From NCBI RefSeq assembly GCF_009914755.1, contig NC_060947.1: a DNA stretch of 64,000 nt. The stretch is one strand, 5' to 3'. The stretch comes from the human T2T-CHM13v2.0 reference genome, Homo sapiens. Made by a program: the position numbers and the translations under genes. This document shows positions 54,733-64,000 of this stretch, one piece after another. The notes under the pieces were generated by a model. The model was not told the origin of the DNA and searched no databases. It worked only from the letters and a program-made list of their open reading frames with translations. Numbering within the stretch: position 1 is the stretch's first letter; each line of letters opens with the position of its first letter.

Positions 54733-57697
54733 TGTTGGAGCACAGAAAATAATACCCCAAAGTATATTGCTTTGGCATGCTGAAAATTTTGAACTAAAAA
54801 ATATATAAGACCTTAGAAGCTGCCTCAAAACCAAGAACTTTTAAATTTTGTCTCATTTTGTCCTTTCCATATTTACAGAGAGACTCTCTCTGGAATTTTC
54901 TTATCTGACTTAAAGAAATATCTTTCTAAAATGAATGCAACTGTCATAAAACATCTGAATCAGGCAGTTCTCATGCTGCTAATAAAGACATACCTGAGAC
55001 TGGGTAATTTACAAAGAAAAGAGTGTAATTGACTTACAGTTCCACATGGCTTGTGAGGCCTCATAATCATGGTGGAAGGCAAAGGAGAAGCAAAGTGTCA
55101 TCTTATATGGTGGCAAGCAAGAGAGTTTGTGCAGCAGAATTCCCATTTATAAAACTATCAGTTCTCATAAAACTTATTCACTATCATGAGAATAATATGG
55201 GGAAAACACACCCCACCATGATCCAATTATCTCCAGCTGGCCCCTTCCTTGACACATGGGTATTATTATAATTCAAGGTAAGATTTGTGTGGGGACACAG
55301 CCAAACTCTATCATTCTGCTTGTGGCCCCTCCCAGATCTCGTGTCCTCACATTTCAAAACCAATCATGCCTTCCCAACAGTCCCCCAAAGTCTTAACTCA
55401 TTTAACCATTAACACCAAAGTTCACAGTCCAAAGTCTCATCAGAGACAAGGGAAGTCCCTTCTGCCTATGAGCCTGTAAAATCAAAAACAAGTTAGTTAC
55501 TTCCTAGATACAATGGGGGTACATGCATTGAGTAAATACACTTGTTCCAAATGGGAGAAATTGGCCAAAATGAAAGGGCTACAGGCCTCATGCAAGTCCG
55601 AAATCCAAGAGGGTGGTCAAGTATTAAAGCTCTGAAATAATCTCTTTTGACTCCATGTCTCACATCCAGGTCATGCTGATGCAAAAGGTGGGCTCCCACA
55701 GTCTTGTGCAGCTCTGACCCTGTGGCTTTTTGGGTACAGCACCCCTCCTGGCTACTTTCATGGGCTGGCATTAAGTGTCTGTGGCTTTTCCAGGTGGATG
55801 GTGCAAGCTGTTAGTGGACTCTGTGTGGGGACTCCCACCCCACATTTTTTTCTGCACTGCCCTAGGAGAGATTCCCCATGAAGCCTCCACCCCTGCAGCA
55901 AACTTCTGCCTGGACATCCAGGCATTTTCATACATCCTCTGAAATCTAGGTGGAGGTTTCTGAACCTCAATTATTTACTTCTGTGCACTCACAGGCTCAA
56001 CATGACATGGAAGCTGCCAAGGCTTGGGGTTTGCACCCTCTAAAGCTATGGCTGGAGCTGTACCTTGGCCCCTTTTAGTCAAGGCAGGAGCACCTGGGAT
56101 GCATGGCACCAAGTCCCAGGTGGGCCCTGAACCTGGCCCAGGAAACCGTTGTTTCCTCCTAGGCCTCTGGGCCTGTGATGGGAGGGGATGCTGCAAAGGT
56201 CTCTGACATGCCCTGGCGACATTTTCCCCATTATCTTGGTGATTAGCATTTGGCTCCTTGTAACTTATGCAAATTTCGGCAGCTGGCTTTAATTTCTCCC
56301 CAGAAAATGGGTTTTCCCTTTCTATCGAATTGTCAGGCTGCATTAAAAAAAAAAAAAAAAACTTTTATGCTCTACTTCCTCTTTAGTGCTTTGCTGCTTA
56401 GAAATTTCCGCTACCAAATACCCTAAATTATCTCTCCCAAGTTCAAAGTTCCACAAATCACTAGGGCTGGGGCAAAATGTCGTCTGTCTCTTTGCTCAAA
56501 CATAGCAAGAGTAACCTTTATTCCAGTTCCCAACAAGTTCCTCATCTTCATCTGAGGCCACCTCAACCTGAACTTTATTGTCTATACCACTATCAGCATT
56601 TTGGTCAAAGCCATTCAAGAAGTCTCTAGAAAGTGTCAAACTTTCCCACATCTCTCTGTCTTCTGAGCACTCTAAGTCTCTCAGAAGTTCCAAACTTTCC
56701 TACATTTTTTATCTTTTTCTGAGCCCTCCAAACTGTTCCAAACTCTGCCTGTTACCCAGTTTCAAAGTATCTTCCACATTTTCGGGTCTCTTTACAGCAC
56801 CACCCTACTCTACTGTTACCAATTTACTGTATTAGTCTGTTATCATGCTGCTAATAAAGACATACTTGAGTCTGGGTAATTTATAAAGCAAAAAATTTTA
56901 ATTGGTTCACAGTTCCACATGGCTGAAGAGGCTTCACAGTCATGGTGGAAGGTGAAGGAGGAGCAATGTCACATCTTACATGGTGGCAGGCAAGAGAATT
57001 TGTGCAGGGGAACTCCCACTCATAAAACCATCAGTTCTCATGAGACTTATTCACTACCACAAGAAAAGTATGGGAAAAACTGTCTTCATGATTCAATTAT
57101 CTCCACCAAGCCCCACCCTTGACACATGGGGATTATTACAATTCAAAGTGATATTTGGGTGGGGACACAGCCAAACCATATCAATGTCCTCCCTGGGAAA
57201 CTCATCAAATAACCAGGAAAAATTAACCACTAGAAAAGAGGAGAGATTAAAAGTCACCACTATGCTCAGATAAAGTTTTCTTCTGTTTTTCTGAGGGCAG
57301 CTCCAAGAGGACAGCTCCTGGAAAACTTTATGTACAGAATAAGAAAACGTTTTTTCACAATGCAGTTATTCCCCTCACCTTCTCATAATTTGCCAGCCTT
57401 TTTCAGTTTTCTGAAAGAAAGATTTAGCATCTGTCTGCAGGTTCTATTCATTTTTACTAAAAATTATTTACTACCATTCTAAAATTGCCTACATCATCCC
57501 ACTTCCCTTTTCCCTATGAGGAAGGTAATTAAACCTCAACCATCTGGCTCTTCTTTGAGTCTTGTAGTATATACGGTTCCCATGTTTATGCACATTAATA
57601 AATTTGTATTCCTTTTCTCTTATTAATCTGCCAATTCTCAGTTTATTTCAGAGAAACCTGCAGAAAGCAGAGGTGAAGCTTTCCCTCTGCTGCTACA
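54733..57697 (+). mobile_element. MER34/MER39-like ERV1 solo LTR split by THE1 (54733-54955 plus 57184-57697)
   Basis: TGTTGGAGCACAGAAAATAATACCCCAAAG start and ...GCTACA end. TSD AAAG (54729-54732 / 57698-57701). Confidence 0.75.
54956..57183 (-). mobile_element. Complete THE1 (THE1B-like) MaLR element: LTR 54956-55313, internal region, LTR 56828-57183
   Basis: Two ~355-bp THE1 LTRs (ggggacacagccaaa..tatca ends) around a ~1.5-kb internal region. 5-bp TSD ACATC / ATGTC. Confidence 0.93.
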
Positions 57698-57792
57698 AAA
57701 GCTGTAAATGAAGACCATGAAAAAAATTAAGTGTTTCTTTCCTCCACTCCTTAAAAGCTATACACACAGGCCATGAAAAAAAAATCAAGTTG

Positions 57793-58456
57793 TTGGATGG
57801 TTGATTTTTAGTTTGTGTGTGTGCGTGTGTGTGTCTGTGTCTGTGTGTGTTATTAATAACTTAGCTAGGCTATAGTATTCAGTTATTGAATCAAACAAAA
57901 ATCTAGGGGTTTCTATGAAGGTATTTTGTAGATGTAGTTAACATCTACAATCTGTTCACTTTAAGAAAAGAAGGTACCTTTAATAATGTGGGTGGTTTTA
58001 TCCACTCAGTTGAAAGGCCTTAAAAGCAAAACCAAAGATTTCCCAGAGAAGAAGAGATTTTGCCTCAAGTCTACATCATAAAGTCCTACCTGAGTTTTTT
58101 GTCTATTGTCCTATCCTATAAATTTCAGACTTGCCAGCTTCCAAAATCATGTTAGTGAATTCTTTAAAATTATTCTTTCTCTCTTCATGTATATCATAGA
58201 AATAATATATAATAAATATATTGTGTATCAGTATATTAATATATATCTGAGTATATTATATTTTAATATTATATTGATATTAATATAGTATATCAATTTG
58301 ATATCAATAAGATATGGACAGTGTATATATTGTAAAATGTAATATATGTATATGTGATATATGTATATGTAATGTAAATATAATATGTGTGTGTGTGTGT
58401 GTGTGTGCACACACACATAATTTATTCTTTTCCTCTGAAGAAATATGACTGATACA
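57793..58456 (+). mobile_element. MLT2 (MLT2D-like) ERVL LTR with (TG)n and AT-rich insertions
   Basis: gatggttgatttt...aaggtattttgtagatg...gactgataca, followed by ERVL internal sequence (ttttggtacc). Confidence 0.8.
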
Positions 58457-59885
58457 GCTTTTGGTACCAAGAATGGTTCTAGGGGAAAAACATTTTCTAA
58501 AAAGTAAGTTTTGTGAAATGGTTATGTGGTTATGGAATTGGTTCTCTAGTATGATTTGATTTAAAAACATTAATGACTGTATTTCTATTAGGAAAGAGAG
58601 TGCTGATAGTCCATGATACGTTGTGGTAATATAGATATTCAAAATATCACCAGTTTGATATTGACTCCTAGTCAGATTATTACAAAAAGCAAGTTTCTGA
58701 AAGAATGTTTAGTTGATATCTTAGAACATTTTGTCAAACTAATGAATGTAATGAGTGGCTGGTTGCTCCTAGTTATCCTGGAGAATGTGAGAAAAGAAAA
58801 TGAATAAGCTCAAGAATTAGAATTCCCAGCTCAAGCTCTACAAAAATGAGCTGCAAGTTTCTATGTCTGTCCTGAAAAAGAAACCCTTACCTCTAGTAGC
58901 CTTACAGCTGAGACTGCTAAAGGCCAAACCCAGTCTCATCCTGTGCGTGGTAATTACAATAAAAATTTAATTCTCACTTCAAAGGGTGCTGGCCATTAAA
59001 CTGAGGGCATAGATTGGGAAGGAATGGGATGCTATCCACTAGAATGAAGGCATATGAGTAGAAGCATTTGGGAATATTGAACTCCTGAATTTTGCTGAGT
59101 TTTCTTTTCCAGTAGAATCATACTTTTCACCATGTTTGAGAAAGTTAATCCTGCTTTTCCTGAAGACACTCTAATGATCTCCCACGAGGCATTTGCTTGA
59201 AAGATATTGCTAATTCTTCTCAGGACCTATATACAATATATATCTTTACTTCTAGACCTATAATTAAGCTGAATTCCCAGCATAAACCAAAGGATGAGGT
59301 ATAAAGTGTGACACATGAAGACGTGTGCTGCACTCCAAAAGAACTGCATAATTTTTAAAATTTATATAGCTGTTAATATGGATAATATGTGTGAGAGTGA
59401 ATATTAAGCATGTGGAATAAAGGTAGAAGAAACTTAAAGTAGGATGCGGCTAAAATTATTGAAGGGAGCTCTCTAAGAAGAGATTCTGTATTTAATAATA
59501 ATGTTGAGAAGGTAGAAAGAGTTCTAACAAACAGTTTGTTTGCTTGGTTTGCTGAAACATGAAACAAAAGGCTACCTACAGGAATAGAAGTTGAAGTACC
59601 AGAACAGTCTTGCTATATTGCTAATGAAGGTAACCAAAGGCTTAGGGAGATTAAAATGTTGGAATGGATACAGAAAATATATACAGAAATAGTGATTGCT
59701 ACCACATCCCCATGCAATTTCTTTTTTTGACTTGTGCAGAAAACATAGATTTCAGAGAATGGCAGTGAATTATTATAAACTTAACCAGGTGGTGAATCCT
59801 ATTGTACCTGCTGTCCCAGATGTAGTTTCATTGCTTTAATAAAGTAACACATGCCATGGTATCTGGTATGCAGCTATTGATCTGG
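58457..59885 (+). mobile_element. ERVL internal sequence with gag and RT relics
   Basis: ~59325-59490 CTPKELHNF*NLY...ILSMWNKGRRNLK (gag). ~59757-59884 RMAVNYYKLNQVVNPIVPAVPDVVSLL...GIWYAAIDL (RT). Confidence 0.85.
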
Positions 59886-61398
59886 TATGATAATTAATTT
59901 TACATATCAACTTTACTGTACCACGGGGTGCCCAGATTAAACATTATTTCTGAGTGTGTCTATGAGTGCGTTTCTAGATGGGACTAGAATTTGAACTGGT
60001 GAAATCAATAAAGTAGATTGTTTTCCCCAGTGTGCATGGGCATTATCCAATATGCTGAGGACCTGAATAAAACAAATAGGGAGAAAAAGGGTAAATTTGT
60101 CCCTTTCACTTGATGCTTGCCTGTTTGAGCTGGGACATTGATTTTATAATTTTGAACTAGACTTTATACAGGAACACCTCCCCACACACCCCAGTTCTCA
60201 GGCTGCCAAACTTGAATAAAAATTACACTATAGTGACTTTCTTGAGTCTCCTGTTTGCAGATGTTAAATTCTAGAACTTTTCAGCCTTCATAATCATGTG
60301 AGCCAATTCCTCTCTTATATATATCCTATTAGTTCTGAAGAACTCTGATTAATACAGATTTTGGTGTGGAGAATGGCTCTAGAGAAACAGAATTTTAAGA
60401 ATAAGGGCTTTGGATTTGTTTTGTGTTTATGGAATTGGGTCTCTAATGTAATTATATTTAAAGATGCTAATAACTCTACTTCCAGGAGTAAAGAGAGAAA
60501 CAATAGTCCATGGAGTAAATTATTTACTGAGATACACAAAATATCTGTACTGAATACTCAACAATCAGTCACTTTTAAGGAGCCAGAAGCTAGATGACTC
60601 TTTATAGAATACCTTCAAACATGTTTTTAAAAAATTAATTAATATAATGATGTTGGCCTGTTACTCCTAATGTTGCTGAACAAAGTAGTTAAAAAAACGA
60701 GCTCAGGGATTTAAATTCCCAGCCCAAGTATTACATAAATAATCAAAAAACTTCTGTGTGTGCCTGAAGGAGATTCTTACTACTTACAGCAGCAGAGCTA
60801 AAATTGCTGAAAATCAAATGCAGAATCTCATCCTGTGACAATTGATAAAGTAGAAGACAAGTTGAACTCCAAGCCTTATAAAGTGTGTACTGCAAAAGTG
60901 AGACCATTGATCAGGAAATAATGGGATATTATAAATTGAAATACTGTAAGTGTGAGAAAACTCTGATGAATATGGGGTCATTGAGCTCCTAAATTCTTAT
61001 GAGTCTTCTTTGCCACTGGAAGAGGTCGTGCCACCCCTAGTACAAGAAGCCCCTCCTTTGCAAAAGTGGCTCCTCATCCCCAGTGTAAATAGCCTTCCAA
61101 ACCCTCAGGAACATTGGCATTCACACTCTCAAGGATATCGGCTTTTCTACCCAGAGTGGTATCTGCCTTTCTACTTCTGTCTGATTGAATTAACCTGGGA
61201 CTCCTTGAGAAACTGTATTGGCCTCTCCTGAGGAAGTTTCCATTTTAGAAAATGCTGATACTTTTCAGGACCAACCTCCACCATCTCTCTTCTTCTAGAT
61301 CTGTAACTAGACTCAAGTCCCAGCAGGACTTTAAGGGTGAAGTACAAAATGTGATACATGAAGACGTGCCGTATACTACAAAAAAAAAAAAAAAATGC
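59886..61398 (+). mobile_element. Second ERVL: MLT2B-like LTR (59886-60356) plus internal gag-region relic
   Basis: tatgataattaatttt...gggtgcccagattaaacattatttctg...ctgattaataca, then gattttggt. The internal sequence parallels ~58457-59330. Confidence 0.8.
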
Positions 61399-62200
61399 TG
61401 ATATGGTTTGGCTGTGTCCCCACCCAAATCTCATCTTGAATTCCCAGTTGTTGTGGGAGGGACTGGGTGGGAGGTAACTAAATCATGAGGGCACATCTTT
61501 CTTGTGCCGCTTTTATGATAGTGAATAAGTCTCATGAGATCTGATGGTTTTAAAAAAGGGGAGTTTCCCTGCAAAAGCTCTTTCTGCCTGCTGCCATACA
61601 TGTAAGATGTGACTTGCTCCTCCTTGCCTTCCACCATGATTGTGAGGCCTCTCCAGCCATGTGGAAGTGTAACTCTACTAAACCTCTTTTTTTTTTTAAT
61701 GGCACAGTCTCATGTATGTCTTTATCAGCAGCATGAAAACAGACTAATACAGTAAATTGGTACCAGTAGAGTGGGGTGTTGCCAAAAGATACCCAAAAAT
61801 GTGGAAGTGACTTTGGAACTAGGTGACAATCAGAGACTGAAAAAGTTTGGAGGGCTCAGAAGAAGACAGAAAAGTATGAGAAATTTTGGAACTTCCTAGA
61901 GGCTTGTTGAATGGCTTTGACAAAAATGCTGATAGTGATATGAACAATAAGGTCCAGGCTGTGGTGGTCTCAGATGGAGATGGAGATCAGGAACTTGTTG
62001 GGAACTGGAACAAAAGTGACTCTTGTTTCAGGAACTTGTTGGGAACTGGAACAAAATTGACTCTTGTTATGTTTTAGCAAAGAGACTGGTGACATTTTGC
62101 CCCTGCCCCAGTGATTTGTGGAACTTTGAACTTGAGAGAGATGATTTAGGGTATCTGGTGGAAAAAAATTCTAAGCAGCAAAGCATTCAAGAGGTGACTT
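61399..62200 (+). mobile_element. THE1 LTR (61399-61751) plus start of THE1 internal region
   Basis: TGATATGGTTTGGCTGTGTCCCCACCC...GACTAATACA then gtaaattggtacc. 41-bp tandem duplication at 61987-62068. Confidence 0.92.
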
Positions 62201-64000
62201 GGGGTCGCTTCCAAGATGGCCAAATAGGAACAGCTGCGGTTTACAGCTACCAGCAAGATCGATGCAGAAGATGGGTGATTTCTGCATTTCCAACTGAGGT
62301 ACCTGTTTCATCTCATTGGGACTGGTTGGACAGTGGGTGCAGCCCATGGAGGGTGAGCCAAAGCAGAGAGGGGCATTGCCTCACCCAGGAAGCGCAAGGG
62401 GTTGGGAGATTTTCCTTTCTTAGCCAAGGGAAGCCGTGAGTGTCTATACCTGGAGGAATTGTACACTCCAGTCCAAATACTGCACTTTTCCCACGGTCTT
62501 CACAACCTGCCGACCAGGAGGTTCCCTCCTGTGCCTGGCTTGGTGGGTCCCACACCCACAGAGCCTTGCTCGCTGCTAGTGCAGCAGTCTGAGATCAACC
62601 TGGGATGCTGGAGCTTGGCGGAGGGAGGGGTGCCCACCATTGCTGAGGCTTGAGTAGGCAGTTATATGCTCACAGTGTAAACAAAGTGGCAGGGAAGCTT
62701 GAACTGGGCAGAGCCCACCACAGCTCAGCAAGGCCTACTGCCTCTCTAGATTCCACTTCTGAGGCCAGGGCATATCTGAACAAAAGGCAGCAGAGAGCTT
62801 CTCCAGACTTAAACATCCCAGCCTGACAGCTCTGAAAAGACCAGTGGTTCCCCCAGCACAGTGTTCGAGCTCTGGTAATGGACAGACTGCCTCCTTAAGT
62901 GGGTCCCTGACCCACGTGTAGCCTGACTGGGAGACATCTCCCAGTAGGGGTCAACAGACACCTCATACAGGCAGGTACCTGTCTGGGATGAAGCTTCCAG
63001 AGGAAGGATCAGGTGGCAATATTTGCTGTTTTGCAGCCTCTGCTGGTGATACCTAGGCAAACAGGGTCTGGAGTGGACCTCCAGCAAACTCCAACAGACT
63101 TGAAGCTGAGGGGCCTGTTAGAAGAAAATCTAATAAACAAAAAGGAATAGCATCAATATCAACAAAAAGGACATCCACATCAAAACTGCATCTGTAGATC
63201 ACCAACATCAAAGACCAAAGGTAGATAAAACCACAAAGATGGGGAGAAACCAGAGCAGAAAGGCTGAAAATTCCAAAAACCAGAACACCTCTTCTCCTCC
63301 AAAGGAACACAACTGCTCGCCAGCAAGGGAACAAAACCGGAAGGGGAATGAGTTTGATGAGTTGACAGAAGTAGGCTTCAGAAGGTCAGTAATAACAAAC
63401 TCCTCCGAGCTAAAAGAGCATGTTCTAACCCATTGCAAGGAAGCTAAAAACCTTGAGAAAAGGTTAGACTAATGGCTAACTAGAATAACCAGTGTAGAGA
63501 AGAGCTTAAATGACCAGATGGACCTGAAAACCACAGTATGAGAACTTCATGAAGCATACACAAGCTTCAATAGCTGATTTGATCAAGCAGACGAAAGGAT
63601 ATCAGTGATAGAAGATCAAATGAATGAAATAAAGAGAGAAGACAAGATTGGAGAAAAGAGTGAAAAGAAATGAACAAAGCCTCCAAGAAATATGGGACTA
63701 TGTGAAAAGACTAAATCTACATTTGACTGGTGTACCTGAAAGTGACGGGGAGAATAGGCCCAAGTTGGAAAACACTCTGTAGGATATTATCCAGGAGAAC
63801 TAATCTAACTTAGAAAGGCAGGTCAACATTAAAATTCAGGAAATACAGAGAACACCACAAAATTACTCCTCGAGAAGAGCAACCCCAAGACACATAATTG
63901 TCAGATTCACCAAGTTTGGAATGAAGGAAAAAATGTTAAGGGCAGCCAGAAAGAAAGGTCAGGTTACCCACAAATGGAAGCCCATCAGACTAACAGCAGA
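62201..64000 (+). mobile_element. L1PA (PA7/8-like) 5' end: 5' UTR and disrupted ORF1, continuing beyond the window
   Basis: ggggtcgcttccaagatggccaaatagg start. ORF1 MGRNQSRKAENSKNQ from 63239, premature stop at 63470-63472. Confidence 0.92.

Noticed and set aside
56620-56735. ~55-bp duplication in THE1 internal region (and 41-bp duplication at 61987-62068)
   Set aside because: Ordinary local tandem duplications in dead elements.
58384-58419. (TG)n(CA)n hairpin
   Set aside because: Microsatellite at the usual variable position of MLT2 LTRs.

Overview
Primate (most likely human/hominoid) non-coding genomic DNA, dominated by interspersed repeats (by eye roughly two-thirds to three-quarters of the window). 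I find no intact protein-coding gene, tRNA or rRNA. The listed ORFs are Alu, L1, LTR or low-complexity read-throughs, plus decayed L1 ORF1/ORF2 pieces. Main contents: about 17 Alus; MIR, L2 and CR1 relics; solo LTRs with verifiable target-site duplications (LTR7B-like, LTR12C, LTR2B-like, LTR10, MER11); a 12.6-kb MER4-group provirus nested inside MER44/Tigger7 inside an old L1M; a near full-length L1PB; a complete THE1 element inside a MER34/39-like LTR; and an ERVL>ERVL>THE1>L1PA nest running off the right end. Less obvious signals: a 1.8-kb AT-rich, palindrome-containing minisatellite that replaces an Alu 3' end and seems seeded by its target site; a fossil hAT transposase missed by the ORF track; an ERVL-like gag relic in the MER4 provirus; and a repeat-free candidate enhancer at about 2.35-3.3 kb. 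I do not see convincing evidence for a wholly new biological system. Subfamily names come from recalled consensus features and need RepeatMasker/Dfam confirmation.
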